Shown: positions 1-14,400 of the stretch, in pieces
How positions within the stretch are numbered: the stretch's first letter is position 1
Layout: each line of letters begins with the position of its first letter
Source: Stylophora pistillata
Taxonomy: Eukaryota
Length of the DNA: 64,000 nucleotides
Assembly (NCBI RefSeq): GCF_002571385.2
Contig: NW_019217919.1
Span: 168,265 to 232,264 of the forward strand
Direction: 5' to 3'
Made by a program: the position numbers and the translations under genes
Notes under the pieces: model-generated
The model's input: the letters and a program-made list of their open reading frames with translations, nothing else
Databases searched by the model: none
Told to the model about the DNA's origin: nothing

Positions 1-630
1 TATAGCAAATTCTATTTTTCGAATGAAATTCCTTTCTTTTATTCAAGCCATGGGGTGCCAAAGAGAACAACTGAGCACTCCAATAAGCCCCTTTTGTGAT
101 TAAAAGCCTATCGATCTCTTCAGAGCCGCTAGGAGCCTGTACCTGGTCAACGCATTGGAACGAAAAATCGTCCAGGGTGTGTGGGGTTTTGTTAAAGTGT
201 ATCACTACTTCACAAGTTGTTTTTTGCATAGCAGATTTGTGATTTCGAAATCTAACTTTAAAGTCAGTAGTAGTAGATCCCACGTATTGCAGGCGACATT
301 TCTTGCAAGAAGCCAAGTAAATCACATTTTTAGAATCACAGAAAAGTCTAGAGTCAATGGTGTAATTTTTGCCTGTCTGAAAGCTGAGAAATGATTTAGA
401 TTCAACAAAGAAATTATGACAGAGATCACATCTTTTCCTATCGCATTTAAAGCAGCCATTGTTATGAGGAATGGTTTGTCTCTCACTGGCAGTTTTAAAA
501 CGAGATGGTGCTAACAATTCTTTGAGATTTTTCAATCGACAAAAAGATGGTATGATAGCACTTCAAGGAAACAGTTCTTTCAATTTGGGGTTAGATTGCA
601 TTTATTTTTATATACATTGCCAAAACACCT
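1..630 (-). mobile_element. Penelope-like retroelement fragment (Zn-knuckle + GIY-YIG endonuclease end), degenerate, inside an FA2H intron
   Basis: Minus-strand translation NLKELLAPSRF...GCFKCDRKRCDLC...KNVIYLASCKKCRLQYVGST...RFRNHKS...W..QL...PHGLN, typical of a PLE C-terminus; interrupted frame. Confidence 0.75.
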
Positions 631-1997
631 AAAAATTGTGTTCCATTAGCTTATGCTGTAAGCAAAACATCAACTTTGCCAAAATCTCTTCTGTTAATCT
701 TAATATTATGGCAAAGCAAACACTTATTACTAAAAACAGTTATAAAAGGTGTATGAAAGTAGGATCAAACAACACAACAACAAAGCCCCAGCTACCGCCT
801 AAAGCTGCCAGCCTTACTCTCTTTCACAACTAGAAATAAACATTGCACCAGTTTGTTTTTAAATCAAGCTGTCCTGGATAAAGATCTCAGAATTGAGTTC
901 AAATGCAGTAGGAACATAAAATTTAACAACTTCAAATAAAAACTAAAGGATGACCAATAACATAGCTGCTTAATTAGGCTTCTGGAATGTTACCTGAGTT
1001 TTATTGAAATGCAAATAAGGATATTTGCACTCAAAAGGGTGAGGTCGAAAGAGGCACCTTGTTTGCACACCATCAATCAGCACAACAAACATTTAATTAG
1101 TCAAAAAACTGTACAAGTGCCCTCAAAAACACATTCAAGTACACAGTCAAGTGTTTACCCAAAATTGATGTTGGCCAAAACATTCGCTTTTTAACTAGAT
1201 CTTATTGTTCTTTTCTTGTATTGACAATTATTACATAATTTTGATCCTGGAATGCTTCCATTACAATTGAATTTTTTCTTGAGTGAAATTAATATCATAC
1301 CATGCAAGTTGGCTATGCTCACTAAACTTCCTGGAGAAAGATCAGAATTGTGTTTAAATGGAGAGGGGAAAATGTAACCGAACCAAACCGAACCTACAGG
1401 GGTAACGAAACGTAGCTGCTTTACACCCTTCTGGAATGTTTCTCGAGTTTATTCAAATGCAAATAGATGGAGGCGCTTTTCTGTACTTTTAAACCCTAAC
1501 GGCAGGAAAAAACATACGTGCGAAGTGAACCACGGGGAGTCGTTTTTAACAGCGTCAAAAAAGAGAAATATCGTAGACAGAATTGAAATTTTAATGCCTT
1601 GAGGTTGAGGTAATTAAACAGGTTTGAATCAAATTAAAAATAACGGACCATTCATATCATGTATGACAAATAGAGGCTGAGCTGTCTAGTGTGAAATTAT
1701 GTAAAACAACCGGGAGGAGGCCACCCAGAATATTTCAAATCCGATGTTGTAATACGGGAATTTAATTGTTGATCCCATAAATCTACCACAACAAAATACA
1801 CAAAACTCTAAACAATATTCTGAAGGTAAAAAACTTGCCATTCGATACCGTGCGGTTCAAAATGTGAAGCTTGTTTTCGAGAATTTAAGAAAACAACCGA
1901 TCGCCTACAGCAATATTAATATAATAGCCGGTTTGCAATAAGAAAAAAAATAGAGGAAAGTAAGAATTCCACAGCTAGGAAGAGCCAGTTCACTAAC

Positions 1998-2273
1998 CTC
2001 TCCTTTTAAGCGTCCTATCTGGTATTTTCCAAGCCAGCCATATGCAAAATTCGTATGTCTGTGTGGATCATCTTGAGTCATCACTTTTGTCACATCCTGA
2101 CCCGCGAACCGCAGCAAAATATCCTTACCCCCTGGATGTCTCTCCAGAAATTCACTAACATCGTACACCTTTCCACGGTGTATGATCCAAAAATCTTTCT
2201 CCGAGTTATGCTGTTGCACTTCCTGAACGGAAAACAAAGGAAGTTTGCGCTTTCCCTCACCACTCTCCGCCAT
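1998..2273 (-). CDS. FA2H: Fatty acid 2-hydroxylase, first coding exon (cytochrome b5 domain); the rest of the gene lies left of the window
   Basis: ATG at 2273; cyt-b5 motifs VYDVSEFLERHPGG, AGQDVT, and FA2H-type HRHTNFAY; donor GAG|GTTAGT at 1998/1997. Confidence 0.75.
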
Positions 2274-2455
2274 TGCACCAAATTTAGAATGATCGTAGGA
2301 CGTGTACTGTTTATGTAACAAAGTCCACTCAAGTCTGCTAGTTTGCAGTCTTACCGGGAATAAATAATCCGTGAAGAACTAGGGTGAGCTGACTCTGAGA
2401 TGTCTTAGAAGTCAGCGGCTACGCCCATGGATTGCACGATTTTCGTGGAAATTTC

Positions 2456-5400
2456 ATGGTATTTCGCCGGTGCAGTCGATTAAATCGGTTCGTCTCATCT
2501 CTAAATTCCATCATTTTACGCAACGTTTCAAAAAGAACGTTAAGCACATCGATTAAGATGGAACCTTCATTAACAGCGAAAGATCTGCGGAAGATGTTTG
2601 TTGATTTCTTTGTAGACAAAAACGAACACACCTTCGTTCCCTCGTCGTCTACAATTCCTCATGATGACCCAACCTTACTGTTTGCGAACGCTGGTATGAA
2701 TCAGGTAATTTTCGTAGATATCTATGCATTGAAAACTGCTTCAAAGGTCTTTTCTCTTTGCTTTTTACTTGCATCACAGCTCAGGTAATTGGTTATAGCT
2801 TTTTTATGTTGAGTGAAGAGTTTTAATTTGAATCACACTTCCAAAAAATATTTCACGTGCTCTTTTGAAATGAACAATTATTTTAAAAGGATTTAAAAAC
2901 AATTCGTTGTTTCACAGATTTTCTCATAGTTTCCTTATTTTACTGTTTCAACTCTTACCCCTTCTGATCAAGGGTTTTGAAAACGGGAACTGGAAAATCT
3001 AGCCATAGACAAAGACAAAAGGACTTCCGTCTAGAAAACCATTCCATTTAATGCGTCTGCCCCTCTTTGGACGGAATTTTCTTTGTGAATGTGAATTTGT
3101 TGTTGATATCTGAGGTGGTGCAAAGTGCATCAACCCCTTTGATTGTTAAGATAAAACATCAACAGAAATGGGAAGATCTTCGTTTAAGCACAGAGCTGCA
3201 CTATCCTGGAACCTCCTTCCCGAAGACATGAAGAACTGTTCAAACTTAACTTCCTTCAAGAGAAACTCAGGGAAAATAAGAGAATTCTGAAATCTATCAG
3301 TTTTGCTAAAGCTTCCTGCAGCATTTCCTACAAATCTGTTGACTTTAAATACTTTTAACAATTACTCCGTATTGTTATTAATATTTCTTTTAGTTGTCAT
3401 TATTTACATACCATTTTCGGTCTATTCACTAATTCGGTACTTATTAATTGATAGTTTAATTGATGCAGGTCCACATCAGGACGTAATGTCTTGCCTATCC
3501 CTCAACCTGCTTTATTAAATAAACTATGATGATGATGATGATGGAAAGGGCATGGGTACTCTGCCACCACTTTGACAATTTTCTCCAGGGAGGGGGTAGA
3601 TTATAAATTGTCTGGCCCAAAATTTTAGATCATTTTCCTGTGTACAACTTAGTAAATCTGTAGGGTCTGTAACAAAGACTAGCTCACAACAGTTTTCAAA
3701 TCCTGTGGCTTCAACTGTTTAGACCAAACTGTACAATTTTAATCAACCCTCTAATGGCTAAAAAATGCTAGAATCCCAGGAAAAATGTTATTATTAGTAG
3801 AGTTGTCATAAAATTGTAAGCTTGAGAATTCACTTAACCATGCTAGAACCAATAAGAAAACTTCTGAATTTTTTCTAAGATTGTTCTATTTTGTTTTCAT
3901 TATATAGTACAAGCCAATATTTTTGGGGACTGTGGATCCAAACAGTGATCTATCCAAACTCAAACGTGCTGTAAACAGTCAGAAGTGCATTCGTGCAGGA
4001 GGCAAACACAATGATTTGGATGATGTGGGGAAGGATGTTTATCATCACACATTTTTTGAAATGCTGGGAAATTGGTCCTTTGGAGATTATTTTAAGGTCA
4101 GTTTTTGTGAAATTTGCTTTCACTGGCTGGTGAAATGAGGTAGCTTTTAATTGCTGATGAATAACTGTCTTTTACTTGTATATAATAACCAGAATATAGT
4201 CATGCATTTTGTTTTATAAGAGATCACAGATGACATCAAAATATGGTAGGAGCATCAGTGAAGCAATCAGATGCACCCTGTGTGTCTCTCTTTTGTTTTG
4301 ACCATAAAATAATGTCATCAGTGATCTAGTACAGAACAAACACACATCAACAGGAATCTATTTATTAGATAAGTGATGGTCATTACAATGACTTGCAGTG
4401 GTTTTTTTTTTCTGGATGATAAACAAAAAGGTATTTAAAATTGTATATTTTGTCACATGTTTAGAAAGGGGCCATTGAGTTTGCTTGGGAGCTGCTGACA
4501 GTCAAATATGGGATGCCAAAAGATCGTCTTTATGTTACTTACTTTGGAGGTGCAGAGGGCCTTGAATCTGATGAGGATACCAAACAATTTTGGCTGGACA
4601 TGGGGTAAGTATGCTCTAAACTGCTCATGCATACTTCCTAGTAAGCTGTTTTCACTTAAATAGCATTTGGACAGATATTGATTTACTGTTAACCACAGCT
4701 GTGGAAGTAATTACAACTAGTGGATCTTCTTCACCCTAAATGTTTTCCTGATATTTACACAAAATGTACTCCAAGCTGTCACCATTTCTGTCTGCTGGCA
4801 AATACAACTCCCTTTCTTATTTCTTTGAAGAGGCTTGGGAAAAGAGATCTATTTTTCCTCCAAAAGGATATATTACAAAGTACACATAATGTCTTTAAAA
4901 TTTTGGCAAACTTTGCTAATTTTGAAATTAATTTTATTTGACAGCCTCCCACCTGACAGAGTGCTCCCGTTTGGAATGAAAGACAACTTTTGGGAGATGG
5001 GTGACACTGGTCCTTGTGGACCATGCACAGAAATTCATTTTGATCGTATTGGTGGACGTGATGCTGCCTATCTTGTTAACATGGATGACCCAACTGTTCT
5101 TGAAGTGTGGAATCTTGTGTTTATTCAGTTTAACAGGTTGGTGTCATAGAAAAAAGACGTTAACTTTTTTATTCTAGTTACCAAAGAGGGACAAAGAGAA
5201 ATCTGAGTTCCCTTGAGGAATCAAACTTCAGATCTCCAGATTCTGGACTCCTACAGATTCTACCACTGTGTCACAGAGAACTCTATTGTATGCTAGGTTA
5301 TCAACAGGTTTATATGTGTTTAAGATGTTGGAAATCACAGATTCCAAACGCTGATTTGCATAGAGATTGCGGGTGTTTTGGTTATCTGATTAGTTATTGG

Positions 5401-8400
5401 ACAAGTACTGTCACTTACCTAGCATTTATGAAGTGTAATAAAGAGTTATGGCCAAAATCAAGATATTTTGCTCTTTTAGAAACATTCCTCTCAGTCAATA
5501 CTATCTGTAATTTACAGCTATATATTATTTATATTATTTAAAGTAATAACCTTTATTGAATCTAACATGAAAGTGTATAAAAAATAAAAAAACCTTGCAA
5601 GTTACAATGCTCCTTTTAAGGAAAAATATTACTTACCTAAACTACATAATTATATGGCTACGTATAATAAAATTATAATGTGCTGTTTAGGTAGTCTATA
5701 TCTCACTTTAAGTCTCTTGACAAAGAAAATGCAAAGTCTTCAAAAGTTCAGATATATAAATGATAATATAAAATGTTAAGATAGGGTAATTTCTAGAAAT
5801 TATCCAATATCGCTTTAATTGTTGAGGATAGAATATCAACTCAAATACATTTAAAAGAAAGGTCTAATCTCATATAATCTAACAAAGACAGCAAGAGCTT
5901 TTCAGAAAAGTGCTTCTTGAGAAACAAAAAAATTGTAGGGGCAGTTGGAATTATTTTTTTCTAATTAGTGTGCCCTGTTGTAAAATGGTATGCATTGGCT
6001 CTAGATCAAAACTGTGGGAAATTTTGATCTTTCTGTTTCTTTTTTTTTATTTTTTTTATCGAGTTCTAGAAAAGGCAGATGGTTCCTAATAGATAATTTG
6101 TTCTTATAAAAGTGTGTTACATTTTATTTACTGTAGAGAAACAGATGGGAGTCTTAAATCTTTGCCCAACAAACACGTGGACACTGGTATGGGATTGGAG
6201 CGTCTAACATCAATCACCCAGGGAAAGATGTCCAACTATGACACTGATTTATTTCAGCCATTCTTTGAAGCGATTCATAAGGTATTTCCCTCATTATCCT
6301 CAAATATCCTCTCTGTTTGAAAAGTTAGGAGCTCAACGTATTTTTAAATTAATATTGTTTGGTTTATATCAGGGCACTGGTGTCAGACCATATACAGGTC
6401 TTGTTGGAGCTGAAGACAAAGATGGTGTTGACATGGCTTACAGAGTTGTGGCTGATCATGTCAGAACATTAACCATGGCTATTACTGATGGTGGAAAACC
6501 TGACAACACTGGTAGAGGGTTAGGCTTTGTTGAATTTGCTTACCAACAGCAAATTTTCAAGAATTTGTTCATGGTCTCCGATCATACCTGTCCTATCAGA
6601 GCAACTACCTCAGCATCATGGCCCACTCTCTCTCTCCGCCCACTCCCTCTCCGCCCACTCTCTCTCCTCCCACTATCTCTCCGCCCCAAGGTGCTGTTGT
6701 AGAGAGAGTTAAGCTATGACACTTTATTTTCTTTTCTTTATCTTTCTAAATTTGTTTTTGTTTTTGTTTTTCATTACAAAGCTAAAAATAGTAGCAACAG
6801 TACATACAAAATTGAGATTACTTAGGATGTAAATATACTCAAAATGTTCAAACTCAGGAAATAGGGAAATGAGAGAATCTGTGTTCTTTTTCCATATTCA
6901 GTTAGTTGTGAAAAATGTCTTTTTTTAGGTATGTGCTAAGACGTATCCTTAGAAGATGTGTTCGTTTTGGAACAGAAAAACTTAACATGCCTCCAGGATT
7001 CATAGCCTCACTGGTGGAAGTGGCTGTGGAAACTCTGGTCAGTGGTTTCAACCATTGCACATTGCATATATTGTAGACTTTTATGCAGACCTTCAATTGA
7101 TAGGGTACTTTTGTTAGACATACAATTAAATGAGTAACTGCTGGAAGTCATTTCCAAAGAGAATTTATCTGATTTTGCTAGAAATTGGAAGAGACAATTG
7201 TTGATAAATGCTTAATTGATTTATAGGGTGACTTCTTTCCTGAAGTGAAGAAAGATCCTCAACAGGTAAGAACGGCATATTTTGTCTTGATTGAAATATA
7301 TTGTTTATTAATGCCCAAGTTGCAGATGGAGGTTAGGTGCCCCAGGGGCTTAGGGACTGCAACCAAAGTCACACCCAAGACGCTAGAACACCTGACTGGC
7401 CTATCCTCAAGGATGGCATTGCCACACTATAGTACAGCCAACACAATGCAAGCACATGGGAGAACAATGCATGTACTGATAAGGATAATAGCTGGACATG
7501 GCCCACCCCAGGCAAAGGACAGCCACAATGTTGATGCAGTGCTACCAAACACACACAAATGCGAACAGAAAGCTAATATGCTAACAGTGTGCCAGCGGAA
7601 TGCTACTGACCAGACTAGCACCTAGTCATTAACTATGTTAAATTCCATTTTAAAATATTTAATTCAATTGATAATTTGATAATTATTTGATCAGTAACCT
7701 ACTTCTGATTTGGAGAAATGAAAGTTGATGACAAGTTTGATTTAGAAGGTTGTGTGAAAAAATATTACCTGTTAGTGTATGAGCAATGGCAATGTCTTGA
7801 TCATGGTTTTCATTGCAATTTGAAACAGGTAAAGGATGTTATCAATGAAGAAGAAACAATGTTTCTCAAAACTCTTGCCAGGGGAAGAAGACTTTTTGAC
7901 AGTACAGTGAGCCAGCTGACAGATAATTTTATCCCTGGGGATGTGGCTTGGAGATTGTATGATACATATGGCTTCCCTGTGGACCTGACGCAACTCATGG
8001 CCGAGGAACGAGGATTGACTGTAGACATGAATGTTTACGAGGAATCTAAGAACAAAGCCCAGGTTAGTGGTTTTCATTTGCTTTTCCCTCTGACTCCTGG
8101 GAATGCAAGGGTTGAAGTGACCAAAGAGGAAATTCTCTTTACCAAGTTAATACATTTCCAAGCAGAAGGATGATGAGAAAAGGGGAAATAATCTAACAAA
8201 GGACATCATCTCATAGAACAACAAATTCTCATGGCTAAGGTGACAAGAAATGTTCAGGAGACAGAGTAGAGGATTTATTTAATATTTGGATTTTTAAGGT
8301 GAAAGTTTGTTTCTAAAGAAGGGACATGCAGGGGACTTCAAAATTTCTGACACATCAAATACTGGCTTCCCTAACATAAGCTTTACAGTACATGGATATC

Positions 8401-11400
8401 CTTATTTCAAAAGTACAGATTTCGTTGTGTCAGATTTTTCTTAATGATTGCTTCCTTGACTCTTCATAGGAAATTGCTCGAGGAAAAGGCTCTGGAAGTG
8501 ATGATGCTATCACTCTTGATGTCCATGCTATAAACAAGTTACAAAAAGATTTAAACCTTGAACCAACCAACGAGAAGTCCAAGTATATCTACACATCAGA
8601 CAAGGAAGGAAATTATGGTAAAATAATCCCTTACCACTGTGCTGTTAATTTGGACACAATGTCCTACCATGTCCATTTACCAGTCATCTTCAAGCTGATC
8701 TATTTTCAGGGACAAATTAAGCCTTAACCACACATTATTTACCTCTGAATGATGACATATGATAGCATCTCTTGTGTTTTGCAGTGTTTGAGCCTGTGAT
8801 AGGAACAGTGAAAGCAATCATATTTGAGAAGGAGTTTGTCAATGAAGTAATCAGTGGAAGCCATTGTGGAGTGGTCTTGGACAGAACATGCTTTTATGCT
8901 GAGCAAGGAGGGCAGATATACGACCAAGGATTTATGGTCAAAGAGGGTGATGATGTGAGTGGTCAGATGGCAAAATGAAATTTTCACTGAAATTAATTTC
9001 AGCGATCACAGATTGGGAATGTCATCAATAATTGTTGATCAGAGCAAAATATTTCAATACTGGTGATATATTCCATCGTTATCTGGTTTTGCATGTTGTC
9101 AGATGAAAATCTCTTAACCTTTTTGTACGAAAATGAATGTTTTGTTTCTTACAGGAAGTGGAATTTTCAGTCACCAATGTGCAGGTTCATGGTGGATATG
9201 TACTTCATGTAGGAGCAGTAGAAGGTACCCTGAGAGTTGGAGACGAGATGAAATGTCAGATAGACGAGGTAATTTGACAAGTGCTGTATTTTAACTCGCC
9301 AAAATCTCTGTTGTAGCCCGCAAAATGCGTCACAATGTCCAACAAAGGGATAATAATAGAATTATTGTGGCAAATAGCTTTAGAAAAGTGATGAGTGTCA
9401 TTATTTTTTTTCACAACAGCAAAGGCGAAGACTGACAATGAACAATCACACCGCCACTCATGTACTGAACTTCGCGCTCAGAAAACATCTAGGAGACGCT
9501 GACCAGAGAGGCTCACTTGTCGCACCTGACAAACTCAGATTTGATTTCACTGCTAAGGTTTGTTCCACTGCCAACCTTTGAAACCCTCATGGAGGCTAAC
9601 TTCTAGTTTCTCCTTCTATTATAACCCTCGAATCAAAAGTTAAGGTTAGAATGAAGGAAATGATCCTGAATTTAAGAAGCTGTTGATTGTAAAACAAATA
9701 TTCCTTGTCACTACCATAGGATTTGAGAAGAGAACTGTGGAAAAAATATGAAAGCTAATTTTAGTTTTAATGGTTTGAATGGAAGATTATGTTGCAGGAG
9801 GTACCTTGAAGCATGAAAATCTGCGGAAATGTGGATTGTCCTTCATCCTTAAAGATACGTTCCCGCAAAATTTCCATGCTGCACGATAATCCATTAGGAT
9901 TTGAAAATTTCGTTTTGGTTTTTTTCTCTTCCACAGGGCGCAATGACAACAGAGCAGATCAAGAATACTGAACTAACAAGCCAGGACATTGTGTCAAGGA
10001 GCTTGGACGTATTTGCCAAAGAATCATCTCTGGCCACTGCTAAAGAGATTCAAGGTCTCAGGGCGATTTTTGAAGAGGTGAGTACTAAATGTCTTGGCTC
10101 ATATCAAGAGAGATTTTCGTCCTCTCAAGTCCTTTCCCTTAATAACACAGTGCGGACACTTGGCTATGAGCAAGTCTTCATTAAAAGCGCTGCAGGACGG
10201 TCGTAACTTGAATGGATACTCCAAAATCAAGTTTCCGAGTAACGACGGAACCTATTACTTCCGTTTTATTTCCGTTTAATTTCCGAACTATTCTCGTTCA
10301 GGTTCGGTCCTCGTGACGTTTAATTTGCGACCGCTGTAGGACAGGTTTTTCCGCCCGCGGGAAGGTTTGAGACGTGTCGGGGAGAGGTTTGCAAGGAGTC
10401 TGGAAACAATTATCAGAGTGTTAGACACTTGCAGACCTCTCAACGGCTCGCGTTACCCTAGATCTCTTACTTCCCTTCCGTCTCGGGGACGGAAACGCTC
10501 GTGCCAAAACACTAATAATCGGAGCTGAAGCAGTCAAGAAGGCAACGCCTTGGAAGACGTCGATAAAAAGTTGTTTTCATATCTCTAGTTGGAACCATCT
10601 CTTACGGTGCCACACCTCAACTTTATGTGAGCAGCTTTGAGTTCAAAATGAAAACTTGGATAATTTTCCATCGCGGTTTCCGTTGGATTGCGTTACCCAC
10701 CCTTTGTATAACTGGGACCTGCCCATCAGATCTTTTAGTTTCCCACGTCCTCATTGCCGTCGCCGCCGAGGTTTGCATATTGTCCCTAACAAGGGTGAAC
10801 TCGCACGCTAAGAGGACACCCACAGGATTCCACGTTAGTGTCCACTAACAATAGTCTTCTTTTGCAGCCGTTCTTGGGGACCCAACGGAACCAAAGGGGG
10901 GGTGGGGTAAGGCGTTGCGTGACATTTCATAGAACGACTGTAAAGGGACTTGCTTTACGTTGGTTCGTTTTACAGAAAATCAAGGAGAAACTAATAAAAA
11001 TGCCATTTATTTGTTTCTCCTTTATTTTCTGTAAAATTTTTCAAGGAAGTTTTTTTTTTTGTGACTAACCATTTCTCACGGTGCCACCGTTACTCTCATG
11101 GAGAAGAAAGAGTCGAAGCAAAAGTTTTCTAAAGAAGAAAGAAACCACAACGACGATGGATAATAGATCAAAAGTGGGAGAGAGACCAACAAACTATTAT
11201 GTTAACGCAAATTACAAATTTAAACGTTAAAGTCGATTTTTTTCAAGGTTAGCAGGCTAATGTTGGGTTAATGTGGAGAACACTGTTTTCACTCACTGAT
11301 CGATTTTATTGCTGATTAGGTTTATCCCGATCCAGTGCGCGTGTTGTCAATTGGTGCATCATTCGAGGAGCTTCAGGACGATCCACAGGCTGGATACAAG

Positions 11401-14400
11401 TATTCTGTGGAGTTTTGTGGAGGAACGTAAGGAATATTTCACTTGATAAGTACACTGTTCTTTTTTAATTAAGTCCTTTTAACAAAGGAGTCAATTATGT
11501 GTATTTATTTATATTCTAGTTATCAGTCGAAGTAATTCCAGAGACATGCATGGAGTTTTACGTATATTGACAAAGCGCCCTTCGATCGAGTGATACGGCC
11601 AATAGCCAATGAGAACTCGGAGTTGATTCATGCAAGCTGTTTTAAGCGCGGGAAAACGCAAATGACCCCGACACGGTTGGATTTAACTTTGCATCTGATT
11701 GGTTGAGAAGGCGGGGCGAGTTTTCTAGCCCAATCACAGAGCTAGGTAGAAAAAAAATCAAAGCAATCCCAGCAGTCCCGAATTGCGTTTGATACTCAAT
11801 CGGGAATAACTCTTGCTGTCGTCCTAAATGTCTCCTACCATTTCTCGTCAGGCATCTGCAGAACACAGGACACATGAAATCATTCGTCCTCGTTTCAGAA
11901 GAAGCCATTTCTAAAGGAATTAGGAGAATTGTGGCTCTAACAGGGCCCGAAGCTCTGAGGGCCGAGAAAAAATGTCACTCGTTGGAAGAGAGAGTTGAAA
12001 ATGTTCAGAATTTGGTGGACGAAAAGATGAAGGACGGTGGGCTTAACATTAAAGAAACTTCACAGGAAATCACAAGAATTAGCGAGGTAAGAAATAATCC
12101 TTTTTTAATGTTTTGCATCAGTACGGAGATCAATTTTCTTCCACCAGCGTTTAGGTTATTGTGTTATGTTTATTGTAATAGAAAGAAAATTCAAGTATAT
12201 CGTGAGCTGAGGTAGTAAGCGAACTTGTTCCTTCAGTTTTTTCTTGAAGGGTGTTCCATTATAACCTTCACCATGGGGAAGTTTCTTCTGATCAATTATT
12301 AGCAAGTCGTGGCTGCTTACGAGACTGACTCACATTACTGTTCCCTCTGTCTGCTTCCTCCCTTCGCCCTTTTACTGTTACCCATATATTCCCTTAAGAA
12401 GAGCGAGGTTCTGTGAGAATAAAGTTTCTTTTCTGATAGTACAGTTCCAATTGAGTGTCGAACAAGCAAAGTCCCGATGACCAATCAGAATAAAGGTAAC
12501 ATTATCATTAGCCAGTGGGAGCTCAAAATGATAACAAGCAAACTGTTTGAAGCGCGGGAAAACACAGATGATCAAGTCACGATTTTTTTTAGTTTTGTAT
12601 CTGATTGGTTGAGAGGATGGCACGATTTTTTTGGACAAATCACAAGGAAGAGTTACGATGAACCAAGGCAGTCCCGGGTTACTTCCAACACTCAAATGAA
12701 AACTGCTCCAACGCAGAGTTCCACAGCGTGCTCACACTTTCGCCCACTGCATCTCAAATTGTGCTTCTTGGAATGTAGCATGAATTGTGTTAAACTGAAA
12801 ACGTATATCACTTTTTTCAGCTGAAGAATAAAGCAGTATTTTGAATATTGACGTTTGTTTGTCCTTTGTAAGGATATATCTGCAGCTGTCATTTCGGCGT
12901 GGCGTAAAGATGAAATGAGATCCAAACTGAAAATTGTCAAGAAACTTGTTGACGACGCCGACAAAGCTAAGAAAACCATCTTGCAGCAACAGGTAAGTCA
13001 TATTGAGCATTTGAAAAGTTGCCTGAAGTGTCTGCTGACGAATAAAAGGACATTGGTTGGGAGAACAAAACATTTGATGCAGAAAAACTGATTCTTGATT
13101 TAAAGCCAAGTTCTCGATAAGCAAACTACAAGAAGTGTGTACTCATCGGTGAGATGTTGTTTTTTAACATTTAATTTCTAAACAGCAGGGATGTCGCCAA
13201 ATACGCTAAAGCTTTCCCACCTAAAGATACAGACACTGGGAAATCCTGCATTAATGTCTTACTTGGGCCACGGGAGCGCGACATTAGAAGTTAAGAATAA
13301 AAGTAGATAGATGTGAAGAAGTGATAAGGATTTTTTAATTCAATGGCATGACTATCCTAGTCTTGTAACTCAGTTGGAGAATGAGTGCGAATAAAGAACT
13401 TGCTGTAAACTTATTTAAATGTCTTTTTTCTTAGGCGATTGATAAGGCTAAAGGTATCGTGGAAGCAGATCGTAACAGATCATTTGTTGTTGATGTGTTT
13501 GATGCTGGTTCAAACTCTAAGGTGAGTGACATTTACTATGCGGTTCGCTTAACACGAGTGCAAATTAAAAAAAAGCACGGGCGCGCTGTCAAAATCTTGT
13601 CTGTCTTGGCTTTCTGTGATGCTTTTTTTAAGTAAAGTATTAGTTATAACATGATTTCTCTAGTAATTTGGTGCAAATAAATTGTAAATTTTCAAATTCC
13701 ACAACTATTGTTGGTTTGAAGAATTTACTCCTTCTGATTAACACCAAATCGCACTCGAAATCTTGTTATTACCCATCCAAATCTTAGTGGGTATATTTTT
13801 CATAATTCCCAAACTTTCCCTGTATATTTTTAATTTAAGATTCTTGACGCTGCCATGAAACAGTTCAAAAGTTTGGCTCCGAAAATGGCCGCTCTTCTTT
13901 TCAGTGTGGATGAAGAAAACTCCAAGATCATCTGCTTGGCTCAAGTGCCCAAGGTTTGTTACAGGGTTAAATTGATCCAGACACCATATATTTTTATTCC
14001 CGCTATTGAAAAGTGTATTTTAAAGTTAACTTTTTCAGCGTTTTGCTATTCCAAAGAGTAACATGATCTTTCGAAATTTGTCACCAAATATGCTAAAACA
14101 TTTCAAAATTTTTGCATGAGGTATAGGGGAATCCTTGTTTACAATATTTGCCTCATTAGCATAAGCAATTCAGTTTCTGGTGGAGCTAAAACTAAATCAG
14201 TTCTGAATATCGAAAGGTCAAAGTACGATCAACTCGGCCAATGAATACGACGGACTACCGTTATTGGATCAATTTCAAGTGTATTGGAGAAAGTTTCGAA
14301 TATTTTCATGTTCATCTTTGAAATCACAGAACTCGGACAGAGTCATGATTTTTTCATATGTACTTTGCGATAGGCTGAGATGAACATTATATGGTTCATC

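Noticed and set aside
7245-7625. 126-aa ORF in an AARS1 intron
   Set aside because: Read-through from a small AARS1 exon into intronic sequence; no recognisable domain.
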